Assembly (NCBI GenBank): GCA_951406725.2
Contig: OX597814.1
Location: forward strand, 108,996,001 to 109,060,000
DNA length: 64,000 bases
Reading direction: 5' to 3'
Source of the DNA: Octopus vulgaris
Lineage: Eukaryota
Shown: piece after piece, positions 40,209 to 51,841 of the stretch
How the letters are laid out: every line of letters starts with the position of its first letter
Numbering within the stretch: the first letter of the stretch is position 1
Notes under the pieces: model-generated
What the model was told of the DNA's origin: nothing
Seen by the model: only the letters and a program-made list of their open reading frames with translations
Databases searched by the model: none
Program-made: the position numbers and the translations under genes

Positions 40209-40310
40209 CACGCATATATATATACACACACACACATATATATACACATATATACATATACACATATTTACATATACACACACACATATATATATATACA
40301 TACATATATA
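39495..40310. repeat. Compound (TA)n/(TACA)n microsatellite
   Basis: Direct reading. Confidence 0.95.
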
Positions 40311-40319
40311 CTTTTTCTC

Positions 40320-40697
40320 TTTTTTACTCTTTTACTTGTTTCAGTCATTTGACTGTGGCTATATTGGAGCACCACCTTTAGTCGAGCAAATCGACCCCAG
40401 GACTTCTTCTTTGTAAGCCTAGTACTTATTCTATCGGTCTCTTTTACCAAACCGCTAAGTTACAAGGACATAAACACACCAGCATCGGTTGTCAAGTGAT
40501 GTTGAGAGGACAAACACAGACACACAAACACACACACACACATATACATGACAGGCTTCTTTCAGTTTCCGTCTACCAAATCCACTCACAAGGCTTTGGT
40601 CGGCCTGAGGCTATAATAGAAGACACTTGCCCAAGGTGCCACACAGTGGGATTGAACCAGGAACCATGTGGTTGGTAAGCAAGCTACTTACTACACA

Positions 40698-40700
<3 letters not shown>
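40320..40700 (-). mobile_element. tRNA-derived SINE flanked by (TA)n
   Basis: Reverse complement of the 56335-56745 family. Confidence 0.78.
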
Positions 40701-40749
<49 letters not shown>

Positions 40750-41022
40750 CATATTTATATATATCATCATTATCGTTTTAAAATTCGCTTTTCCATGCTT
40801 GCATGAGTCAAATGGGATTTTGTTGGACTGGATTTTATATGGCTGGATGTCCTTCATTTTCTTGCCAACCTTCATCTGTTTTCAAGCAACGTAATATTTC
40901 TTCAAGGCCTCATATGTTTTTATGGAAGAGCGAAAATGAAGGATACTGCTTGCATGATGGTGACACTCATTTACAAGTCTCCATGTGATGTCAAGGCGAA
41001 GTTAGTAATACACACACGCACA

Positions 41023-42250
41023 CACAGGGTGTGGACAGTATTTGCAAGATAGACTGTCCGCACACACAGGGTGTGGACAGTATTTGCAAGATAGACTGTC
41101 TCAGGAAAAAATGAAAGTGTTTTTAGTTTTTTGAGATATATTTGTCAAATTTGGGTCAATTTATCTTCCTGAACTGTTCTGTCAATCTCACTCAATGAAT
41201 ATGCCTTTGGCCTTGATGATTGTCTCCAGGTGACCTTGGAACTGGCCACAGGCCTTCATCACAATCTCCCATTTTAGGACCCAGGAGGCCTTGGTAATCC
41301 TAGCTCTTAGCTCATCCTTCATGGAGTAGCTGGATTTGTTGGCCTCTTGTTCCACTGTGCCCCAACAAAGGCATCAAGGGGGTTGTAGTCAGGCAAGTTG
41401 GGAGGCCAAATGTTAGGTGCTGTGTGATCAAAGAAATTCTCCAACAGTCAGGCCTGGGTCTTCTGGTTAGTGTAGCAGGGTGCAAAATGTTGTTGCACCA
41501 CATACAGCCTCCCTGCAGCTACCTGATTGATCCAGGGCTTTATCACCACACACAGAACACAGATGTAGCCATCGGTATTCAGTCTAATACTCTCAGGGAA
41601 GTGGAGTAACATGATGTCCCTTTCATTGCTGACAACACTGAAGACCATGATTGTCATTGGAAATTTCATCTTCATGACTCTTGGTATGTCCTTCAGTGAG
41701 ACAGTGAGCCACCTGTTTTTCTGGGAGTTGATCTGGCTTTCTGTTTTTCTGGAAGTTGATCTTCTCATTAGAGAAGAACCACAGCTTGTCTGGCTCCATC
41801 AGGTGTTTCAACTTATTGGTCAACCCCTCCATATACCTGAATCCCTTTTCCGCTATCGCCTTCAACACAAATTCTCTCTTCCTCATTTCGTATGAATAGT
41901 AATGAATGTCCTTATGTAATGCCAGCATGACGAGCTTTTCTTCCACACCTTTCTCCAGAGCAGTGGCATGCATCATGTTGCTGGGATTATTGTTGATGAT
42001 CTCCAAAATTCCATCGATGAATTTCAGTACTCTGATGGCATCAGATCATCGATCATGGGTTTATCTCTCTGTTGTTGCCTCATAATCAAAACCTGAATCT
42101 TCCAGCTCCTTTCTGACCTTTTCCACCATCCTTTTGGCTGATGTTGAGGAAGTCTGAAATATCTTAGTTTGTCCTTCTGGTATGGATTCTAAGAACTTCA
42201 TACCTCTTCCACAAATTGGGCGTAGGGAGGTTCAAAATTTTCCATACTCA
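41023..42250 (-). mobile_element. Degenerate Tc1/mariner-superfamily transposon (maT/DD37D-like)
   Basis: Frameshifted peptides WFFSNEK, KFPMTIMVFSVVS, YVVQQHFAPCYT, WPPNLPDYNPLD. CAGGGTGT TIR-like end, tandemly duplicated (42-bp period) at 41023-41100. Confidence 0.8.
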
Positions 42251-43039
42251 ATTATTCTTCATAAAAAAAAATAAAGCAAAAATTTGAGAAGAAAAAGACT
42301 AACAACCAAAGTAAAAAAAAAAAAAACATGCATGAAATTAGCAGTTGAAAATTGTAAACATTTATTTCTTTATTGCCCACAAGGGGCCAAATATAGAGGG
42401 GGAAAACAAGGACAGACAAAGAGATTAAGTCGATTACATTGGCCCCAGTGTGTAACTGGTACTTATTTAATTGACCTCCAAAAGGATGAAAGGCTAAGTT
42501 GACCTCGGCGGAATCTGAACTCAGAACATAGCAGCAGACAAAATACTGCTAAGCATTTCACCCGGCAAGCTAACAATTCTGCCAGCTCACACTCTGTATG
42601 TATGATGAGTGGCTTCTCTCAGTTTCTGTTGTGGTGAAACCCTGACACCCCGGTGGGATAGCAAGTCAACTGTCCTAAACCATATAAAGGTGCATGTGCA
42701 CTGTCCATGAGGAACAGTGTGGTGTGTGCAGGTGCTTTGCAAAGACAGTCGTAGAAGTCATTGAGAAGAGATATTGTTTGTTACCTGTTGTTTCTGATTT
42801 ACATTTCTATTGTTAAAAAAAATAAGTCCACGTTATAAAGTGGCATATAGAGGGAGTTCAAAGAAGGACATAACAGTGTCAACTAGGCACAACAGTTTCC
42901 ATCAAACAAATTCACTCATAAGGCTTTGGTTGACCCAGAGCTATAGAAGAAGACAGCCTGGAGATATCTGCTGAGTTAAAATCTTCCTTGTGTATGTGGG
43001 CTCGAGACTACATAAAACCAAGATTAACTTCAAAGAATC

Positions 43040-43084
43040 ACAGTCTGATGATGGCTTAACTGGTTGAAACTTCAAAGTCACTAT
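43040..43084 (+). ncRNA. Degenerate minimal hammerhead motif in a Penelope pLTR remnant
   Basis: ACAGT-CTGATGA-TGGC(TTAACT)GGTT-GAAAC-TTCAAA-GTC-ACTAT. The related sequence at 50300-50325 reads ...ACTGT. Confidence 0.5.
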
Positions 43085-43388
43085 CAATAATATCTTTGTT
43101 TAAGAATAATAAATCTATATTCTACAAAAGCACAGAGCAACCCATCAGATTAATGTAAAATTGTTTTTATTAAAACTGAACAGAAAAAACAAACGTTCGT
43201 TTGTTTGTATGTATGGATAGATGGATGTGTGAAAAGGCAGACAGGTAGATTGACAGAAATACATAATTTTTGCATTTCTTCTATCACCAGTTCCAAAGTG
43301 ATCAATAATGATTGAAAATTTACGAACAGTTACATTGTAATATAAAACAGATAAATGCAGAGATATTTCAATGTTTTATTAACCTTAC

Positions 43389-43521
43389 CTCAATAAAGAG
43401 TCCAAGATTTTCACTTGAGCATTCAACAATCACAGTAGTTTGTGCTCCTGACAGAATATTACCAGTTGCAGGATATATATTAAAAATGCCCAAGGAACAC
43501 CGAGTTTGTATTGGTTCAATT
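43389..43521 (-). CDS. HYDIN: HYDIN exon: IEPIQTRCSLGIFNIYPATGNILSGAQTTVIVECSSENLGLFIE
   Basis: Acceptor gactAG, donor GTAAGG. 133 nt, phase 2 to 0. Resembles HYDIN GMFTVYPGFGSIPSGGQQVINVDC. Confidence 0.85.
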
Positions 43522-45815
43522 CTAGTCAATGGTAATAAACAAGTTAATTATTACGAAGCAGTTAAAATACGATGTATACACCTATACTATAATGGAGAAA
43601 GCTGGTTATTCATTAGGTGGAATTATGTAACTTTTACTCAAAGAAATTATTAAAATCTCCAGTGTCTAGAAAATTCTTCACAATTCCAAATTTATATTTT
43701 TTATCAAAATGTGGTTTTCAATAACATTTCAAGTAGATGATTACTTTTAATTCATTGTAAACTATTTCTTAAAATCTTGAACTGTGAGATAGGTTATGTT
43801 TTGATATTGTCATCTCTCTTTCCTTTCATCTCCTCTTTGTCTATACATTTCAGGTAGGAAATTTTTTTTTTTATGAAACCTCTACTTTTATCGCAGTTCA
43901 TATGATGAACAAGGACAAAATAAAAATATAATTTCCTGTATGCACAACTGCAGTTGTGTGTGCTTATTTAGGTTTTTAATACTAAAATGTACAAATATAT
44001 ATATTGACGGAAAAGAAATAAGTTATAAAATCATATCATTGCTATTATGTTAAACTGTTGTATGTCCAAATTTGACCAAATTTATTTTTGCTTGCAATAG
44101 CTGGTTCTATTGGTCAAACTATCGTATCTCCAGTTGCTTTAGATGCCAAGATATCAAAAATTGTCAAAGTGTAATACAACGGTTTTACAACAGAATGGTA
44201 AAACTTTTTTTGTTTTCTAAAAAAAAAAGCAACATTTTGGACTTATGACACTTTTGCATAAATAGCAACGATATGTGTTCAACCCAACAGTAAGTTTTTC
44301 AACAGGATTTTTTTTTTCCAGTAAATCCCCTAAAATTTTTTGATGCCTTTAGAAAATCACTTTAAACATCAGAAATTCTGAGTCTTTAATGTTATTTAAA
44401 AAAAAAAACAAAATATCATCATCATCATTTAACGTCCATTTTCCGTGCTAAAAAACAAGCAATATATATTACACAAAACAAAATATAGTAACACACACAC
44501 GGTTTAAATGCAAACTAAATATATTTGTCATCAACATCATTTTTTAACGTCCGCTTTCCATGCTGGTATGGGTTGGACGATTTGACTGAGGTCTGGCGAA
44601 CCAGATGGTTGCACCAGGCTCCAATCTGATCTGGCAGAGTTTCTACAGCTGGATGCCCTTCCTAATGCCAACCACTCCAAGAGTGTAGCAGGTGCTTTTA
44701 CATGCCACTGGCACGAGGGCCAGTCAAGTGGTACTAGCAACAGCCATGCTCTAATGGTGTTTTTTTACATGCTACCTGCACAGGAGCCAGTCCAGCGGCA
44801 CTAGCAATGACCTCGCTCGAATGTCTTTTCCCGTGCCAGTAAGGCAGCACTGGTAACGATCACGCTCCAATGGTGCTTTTTACATGCCACCAGCACGGGA
44901 GCCATTCAGCTGCTCTGGCAATGATCACACTCAGATGGTGCTCTTAGCGCTCCACTAGCATGGGCGCCAGTCATTGAATTTGATTTCAGTTTCGATTTCA
45001 CTTGCCTCAACAGGTCTTCACAAGCAGAGTTAAGTGTCCAATGAAAGAAAGGTACACATAAGTGGGCTGGTTACACCCCTGGCATATGCCTTGAGGTTAT
45101 GGTCTTATTCATAAAATAAATTTATACATTTTAAAATTTAAATGTGAATTTTCAAATTTAACCAAAGATGTGGATGCTTGGAACTCTATCTCTGTGATTT
45201 GCATCCATGTGCCTAAAAGATGCACAAAACAGAGGAAACAATATTTGCCATGAAGAAGAACATTTGAGGAAGGATTTGAAGGGGTAGGACAAAATGATTT
45301 CAAAATACTCCCAGGGGGTTTGAGGGTTGGGGGTAATACTAGCCCATCCCCCATTTAATCTGAAAGTGATTTCAAGTAACCATGAGGTCCACTGAATGAG
45401 GGGCAGTGGGGTGTAATCTGGAATTGCTTCATAGCATAATTTTTTTTTTTAATTGAAAACAAAAACAATATATATAGGTATGTATGCACATATATAAAAA
45501 ACGATAAACATTGCCCTTTTCAAGCCTAGCCAGGCTCATGGGCCCAGTTTCCCGGTTTCTGTGGTATATGTGTTCCCCCCAGCTGGACAGGACGCCAGTC
45601 CATTGCAGCATTACTCAAGAAACAGGAAGAAAGAGTGAGAGAAAGCTGTGGCGGAAAAGTACAACAGGGGTCGCCACCATGCCCTACCGGAGCCTCGTGA
45701 AGCTTTTAGGTGTTTTCGTTCAATAAAGACACACAACACCCAGTCTGGGAATCAAAACTGAGATCCACCGACCACGAGTCCACTGCCCTAACCACTGGGA
45801 GATTGCGCCTCCTCA

Positions 45816-45865
<50 letters not shown>

Positions 45866-45894
45866 CACACACACACGCATGTATAAACTTAGAT

Positions 45895-46228
45895 ATGTTT
45901 TGACCAAGAATTGGTCCAGGCCATGTCTAACTTAATAGCACCACCTTTTTAAGTTTTGTGGTATCTTGGTCCATTCAAGTAGGGAGTTCTTGTTGAGAGA
46001 GTTGTATCCAGGTGTGGGTGGCTTATCTGGTATTCCTTAAAGAAATTTGTCCAGATTCCATTTAAAGGTGATGGGATCCTTTTCCACTTTGATCTGTTTT
46101 GTGACTATGTTAAATAGGGCAGGGCCTATTGAGGAAAAGAAATTGTGTTGCAGTGTATTTATTTGTTGTGATCCTGAATTGCGTAGGGGACATATGGCCC
46201 GTGGTCCTAACCTTGGATGAATTTTGAA
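45895..46228 (-). mobile_element. 3' fragment of a second, diverged Proto2/CR1-like LINE family
   Basis: Minus-strand translation ...SIGPALFNIV...FKWNLDKFLKEIPDKP parallels GPQLFNILP...[16 protein letters not shown] of copies A-C. Followed by (TA)n. Confidence 0.65.
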
Positions 46229-46494
46229 GCTATGTGTATATATATTCTGTTATTCTTTTACTTGTTTCAGTCATTTGACTGCAGCCATGCTGGAGCACTG
46301 CTTTTAGTAGAAAAAAAATTGACCCAGGACTTATTCTTTGTAAGCCTAGTACTTATTCTATCGGTCTCTTTTCCTGAAACACTAAGTTATGGAGACATAA
46401 ACACACCAACATCTGTTGGGTTTCTTTCAGTTTCTGTCCACCAAATGCACTCAAGGCTTTAGTCAGCTCAAGACTATACACATACATACAAACA

Positions 46495-46524
<30 letters not shown>

Positions 46525-46527
<3 letters not shown>

Positions 46528-46689
46528 GAGTGGCTGTGTGATAAGTAGCTTGCTAACGAACCACATGGTACCGGGTTCAGTCCCACTGCGTGACACCTTG
46601 GGCAAGTGTCTTCTACTATAGCCTCAGGCCGACCAAAGCCTTGTGAGTAGATTTGGTAGACGTAAACTGAAAGAAGCCCGTCGTATATA

Positions 46690-46734
<45 letters not shown>

Positions 46735-46960
46735 GCGTGTGTGTATATGTTTGTGTGTCTGTGTTTGTTCCCCCAACATCGCTTGACAACCGATGCTGGT
46801 GTGTTGACGTCCCCATAACTTAGTGGTTTGGCAAAAGAGACCGACAGAATAAGTACTAGGCTTACAAAGAATAAAGTCCCAGGGTCGATTTGCTCGACTA
46901 AAGTCGGTGCTCCAGCATGGCCTCAGTCAAATGACTGAAACAAGTAAAAGAGTAAAGAGC
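46525..46960 (+). mobile_element. tRNA-derived SINE in (TA)n context (head-to-head with a partial minus copy at about 46250-46480)
   Basis: GGAGTGGCTGTGTG...GGGTTCAGTCCC head. 3' end CAGTCAAATGACTGAAAC. Confidence 0.8.
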
Positions 46961-47969
46961 ATATATATATGTTTGTATGTATATATATATATCTATGGTA
47001 TATCTCCTACTCCCCTTCTCTGTTCTCTTCACTCCTACCCACCTTCTCCTTCCCCCTTCATCATCACCCCTCCCTCATAATTCCACCCCACCTTCCCCAC
47101 CCCATCCCTTACACCCACTCCCACATACCCCATCTCTACCCTCAGCCTAACCCACACCCCACCCTTGCTTTCCCTACTCTCGCCTCGCCCACCTCCTAAC
47201 ACCATCACACCACACCACACACAACACCATCATACCAAACACATCACAACACATCATGCACACATCAGCTCTGACCACTTTCCAGACCCACATTTTCACA
47301 CCTACGCATACATACACGCATACGTCAAGATCACCAGCCATCTTCCACACGCACATACAAACTCTCTTATACACATGCATGCGCACCTTCATTTTGGGAT
47401 CACCATTACTTTATTATCTCCCCTTCTCCCTAGCTCTCCTGTGTGACCCTTCTGTCTGGCATTCGCCATGATAGATCGCTAGCAACATTCTTTATTTCCT
47501 CTCCTTGTTTCTTTCTGTGTTCCTTTCTGTGGAAGAGCGTAGGCTCAAAATGTTAAAGACTTTTTCACTTCCTGAGCGTTAAACTAATACATCTGTTTGT
47601 TGTCTACACAACCTGTCTTTGTCTTTTGTTTTTTTGTGAATTCTCCCCTTATATATATATATATATATATGACACAATGATATGTCCCCAGGCTTTATTG
47701 TAAAAATCTGTCTAGTCATGGGGAAATATTACCTTGTCTGGAAACAGGTGAGGGTTGGCAACAGAAAAGGCATCTGGCTGTGGAAGATCTGCCTCAACAA
47801 GTTCACTCTGACCCATGCAAGCAAGGAAAAGAGACATTAAAGTAATGATGATCAAGATGAAGTCCAACACCACCCCCACTCAGCCATTGTGCTTCTTACA
47901 TGGTAAAATATTTCTAATCTTTATTTTGTTGGAATGTAAGAATTCTTTGAAAAATCCTAAGAAACTTAC

Positions 47970-48131
47970 GATTTCTTTTTTGAAACAGTACTGTCTTTGT
48001 CTGCAACATTCTTTGTAATGACATACTTGAATTCAAACTCTCCTTTGTTTTCAATGGTGATTGTACGTGTCCTTTTCGAATTGACGAGCAGTGCACCGAA
48101 ATCAATGTCACAGTCTGGAGCAATAACAAAT
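47970..48131 (-). CDS. HYDIN: HYDIN exon: FVIAPDCDIDFGALLVNSKRTRTITIENKGEFEFKYVITK...
   Basis: Acceptor ttgcAG, donor GTAAGT. 162 nt, phase 2 to 2. Carries the ASH-domain motif IDFG...TITIENKG. Confidence 0.9.
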
Positions 48132-48202
48132 CTGCAACAACAGAACAAGTTAAGTTTAAGATACAAATCATCATCATCATTTAATGTCCGCTTTCCATGC
48201 TA

Positions 48203-48295
48203 GCATGGGTTGGACGATTTGACTGAGGTCTGGCAAACCAGACTCCAATCTGATCTGGCAGAGTCTGGTTCGCCAGACCTCAGTCCAACCCATGC
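48203..48295. repeat. Foldback of a SINE 3' segment
   Basis: GCATGGGTTGGAC..GACTGAGGTCTGGCAAACCAGACTC pairs with GAGTCTGGTTCGCCAGACCTCAGTCCAACCCATGC. Confidence 0.8.
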
Positions 48296-49329
48296 AAATG
48301 AAATAACAATAATTTTTTTTTTTTGCAGATTATTTAGATATTTTAATTACCTGCCAAAAGTATAGTTTCAAAAGAGTGTCACCTTAATTAAAACTCAAAA
48401 CATCAGATAACAAGGCAAAATAAAGCTTTTCCTCCTCCACCACCACCACCACCACCATTATTATTATTATTATTATTACTATTATCATTATTATTATTAT
48501 TTAATATTCAGATTCCATGCTAGTATGGATTGGATGGTTTGACAAAATCCAGTGAGTCTGAAGACTGCATCATGCTCCAATGACATGGCCTCTACAGCTG
48601 GGTGCCCTTCCTAACGCCAGCCCCTCGACATTGTGTACTATGTGCATTTCATCTGTCTTTACGTTCTGAGTTCAAATTCTGCCGAGGTCAACTTTGCCTT
48701 TCATCCTTTCAGGGTCAATAAATTAAGGACCAGTTGCGTACTGGGGTCGATAATATTTTATCTTTTATCTTCTACTTGTTTCAGTCATTAGACTGCAGCC
48801 ATGCTGGGGCACCACCTTGAAGAATTTTTAGTCAAATGAATTGACCTCAGTATTTTCCTTTAAGCCAGGTACTTATTCTATTAGACTCTTTTGCTGAACC
48901 ACTAAGTTACAGGGACATAAACACACCAACACTGGTTGTAACGCAATGGTGGGACCACCATTTGAGCATGTTTGTTGCCAGTGCCATCTGACTGGCTCCC
49001 ATACCGGTGGGATGTAAAAAGCACCATTCAAGCATGGTCGATGCCAGTGCCACCTGACTGGCTCTTGTGCCAGTGGCAAGTAAAAAGTACCATTCGAGTG
49101 TGGTCGATGCCAGTGCCACCGGACTGGCTCTTGTGCCAGTGGCATGTAAAAAGCACCATTCGAGTGTGGTTGATGCCAGTGCTGCCTGACTGGCCCCAGT
49201 GCCAGTGACACATAAAAAGCACCCATTACACTCTCGGAGTGGTTGGCGTTAGGAAAGGCATCCAACTATAGAAACATTGCCAGATCAGATTGGAGCCTGG
49301 TGCAGTCTTCTGGCTTGCCAGTCCTCAAC

Positions 49330-49750
49330 TTCACATGTGCTTCAGAGAACCTGATATACACACTAACCTGCCCTGGGTGTTGAGGGAAATACATAGGCCA
49401 AACAAAAAATAGTCTACGTAAAAGAATGGCTCTGCACAGATCCAAGATCAAAATTCCCCAAAACAGAAAAATAGCATTCAGCCAACACATTGACATTTGC
49501 GCCAATAACAAAAATCCAAGCTTCAAAAGTTTTCCCCTCTACCAATTCAGGGACAATACAATCTGTCGCCAACAAATTAGTAAAGAGACTCTCTTTATTA
49601 CAAAATATAGACCTCTTTTGAACAAATATTCTTTTAATATTTTAATATGCAAATATTCTTTTAAAAAACTTTTCTTTTAATTTTTCCAAAATTTAATTGT
49701 TTTCCATACTTACAGTTGAAAAAGTCTCAATGACTGAAACTGGTACTGAA
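49330..49750 (+). mobile_element. Penelope-like element 3' fragment (GIY-YIG endonuclease + pLTR with hammerhead-like motif)
   Basis: Peptide NLIYTLTCPGC*GKYIGQTKNSLRKRMALH...KETLFITKYRPLLN. Motif at 49713-49748. Confidence 0.8.
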
Positions 49751-49927
49751 ATGTTTTTTATAAAATTATTTTAGCATTTTCTACCTTGACTTTTTTTTTT
49801 CCATATATATATATTATCCATAGGCTGAAACAGCTGTAAGAGTGATTTTAATGATTTCAATAATTTATATTAAGGTTTTTATAATTGTATTCTTATCTTA
49901 TATGTATTGAATTATAATGTATATATG

Positions 49928-50030
49928 TATGTTATTAAGGTTCTCGTTTTTGAAAATAAATAAATAAGTCAACATTCTAATATCCGAAAGCTGATAAACC
50001 AACTAAATTGTTTCTCCATTTTCTTATTTG

Positions 50031-50068
<38 letters not shown>

Positions 50069-50171
50069 CAAATAAGAAAATGGAGAAACAATTTAGTTGG
50101 TTTATCAGCTTTCGGATATTAGAATGTTGACTTATTTATTTATTTTCAAAAACGAGAACCTTAATAACATA
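49928..50171. repeat. Perfect 244-bp palindrome centred on (TA)n
   Basis: Arms checked by eye (for example G50030 pairs with C50069). Confidence 0.92.
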
Positions 50172-50244
50172 TTTATTATTCTTAAGCAAAAATATTATTG
50201 ACAGTGATTTTGAAGTTTTGACCGTCTGTGTGTGTGTGTGTGTG

Positions 50245-50280
<36 letters not shown>

Positions 50281-50354
50281 CACACACACACACACACAGA
50301 CGGTCAAAACTTCAAAATCACTGTCAATAATATTTTTGCTTAAGAATAATAAAT
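50171..50354. repeat. Perfect 184-bp palindrome centred on (TG)9-(TA)n-(CA)9
   Basis: Arms checked by eye (for example C50226 pairs with G50299). Confidence 0.92.
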
Positions 50355-51149
50355 TTGTACTCAACAAAAGTATAGGGTTACCCATCAGATTAACGTAAAA
50401 TTGTTTTTATTAAAACTGAAAAGAAAAACAACATTTATACATATATATAAAGCCTTGTAAGTGAATTTGGTAGATGGAAACTAAAAGAAGCCCATCATGT
50501 GTCTATGTACGTGTGTGTCTTTATGTCTATGTTTGTCTCCACCACCACTTGAGAACTGGTGTTGGTGTGTTTATGTCCATGTAACGTAGCAGTTCCACAA
50601 AAAGAGACTGATAGCATAAATAGCAGGCTTAACATAAAAATAAGGACTAGGGTCAATTTGCTTCACCAAAATTCTCCAAGACAATACATGGCTTCAGTTT
50701 GATGACTGATGACTGAAGTAAAAGATGAAAGATATCTAAAAGAGATCTATATATCTTTATTATAATTGAGTGAGAGAGCAGTGCATGCCATCAAAGTGAC
50801 ACTGAAGTCCAAATATACGAAGCCTAGTATACCCATCATAACCACCCATCTGATAAGGGTACACTAGGCACATGCATCACAACCATGTGTGCATGAGATG
50901 GTGATCTCATATCAAGATAAACAGCACATGACCTTGTAGGTGGGGCCCAGTTACACTTTTCTTCTGGACGAGTAACCCATCCCGCTCAAAAGGTCCCTGA
51001 ATAAGGGTTGTTTAAGGATATTGAACAAACCACCCATGTTTCCAGAGGTGAATTATTCACAGACGGAGGGGGCAGGTTAAGGAGGGGCTCAACACTTTTG
51101 AGGGAGTACGTATTCTGCATGAAAAACTTAAATGTGCTGCTTAGAAAGC

Positions 51150-51335
51150 GCACTGCTGGTATAGTAAATGGGCAAAGGATGGTTTGCAATGTTTGCTGTC
51201 GTGTATGTTTGTCAAGAGCAGGGCTCATTAGCCACCAATAGAGCCACGGATGCAAAATATAGGTTAGTCCTAGAGCGCACAATGTTCCTAAAGGTCAGCA
51301 ATGGTCTTCTTTAGTCATGAGTGGATAGCCATCAT
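51150..51335 (+). mobile_element. RTE-type LINE 3' fragment (C2H2-like terminus)
   Basis: Peptide CNVCCRVCLSRAGLISHQ*SH. Confidence 0.5.
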
Positions 51336-51598
51336 ATATATACACATACACACACACACACACACATATATAGAAAAAATTCTGAAGATTGCTCGACACT
51401 TTAAAACTGATGTAATACTTACAATGTTTTATAAAATGAAGTAGCATGAAACGATTGTACTACACTACCTTGGATATCCTTGTTGCTTATTATGATTATA
51501 TATATATATATATATATACATACATATATATATATACATACATGCATACACACACACACATATTTAAGGTACCACATTTAGCTCTTGCTACCACTTAC

Positions 51599-51841
51599 TT
51601 GCTATATACTGCTCGTACAGATATTCGGATTGGCAGTGTGGCCACAAGAATGTCTCCAGATGGGTCTATGACTAAGCAACGGAATATGATTTGGTCTTTA
51701 ATTGATATTTCAGCTTGAGTTCGGAACAACAGCTGGCAAGATAGCGGACGGTCAAGTGGACCAAGGATACCTTTCACAGGTGAGATGGAAAATAAGGTGG
51801 CATAGATCTTACAGATTATTGGGTCAGTGTTGGGGACGATT
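51599..51841 (-). CDS. HYDIN: HYDIN exon: IVPNTDPIICKIYATLFSISPVKGILGPLDRP...LPIRISVRAVYS
   Basis: Acceptor ttttacAG, donor GTAAGT. 243 nt, phase 2 to 2. Lies within ORF 51595-51912. Confidence 0.88.

Noticed and set aside
43745-43840. Purine-rich candidate exon for the missing HYDIN linker
   Set aside because: Stops occur in all three frames before the available donor.
45128-45212. Candidate extra HYDIN exon behind a good acceptor (tcttttAG)
   Set aside because: The required phase-2 frame hits TAA, and the open frame has an incompatible phase and no similarity.
46990-47400. His/Pro/Thr-rich ORFs
   Set aside because: Low-complexity CA/CT-rich repeat-derived sequence with no domain signal.
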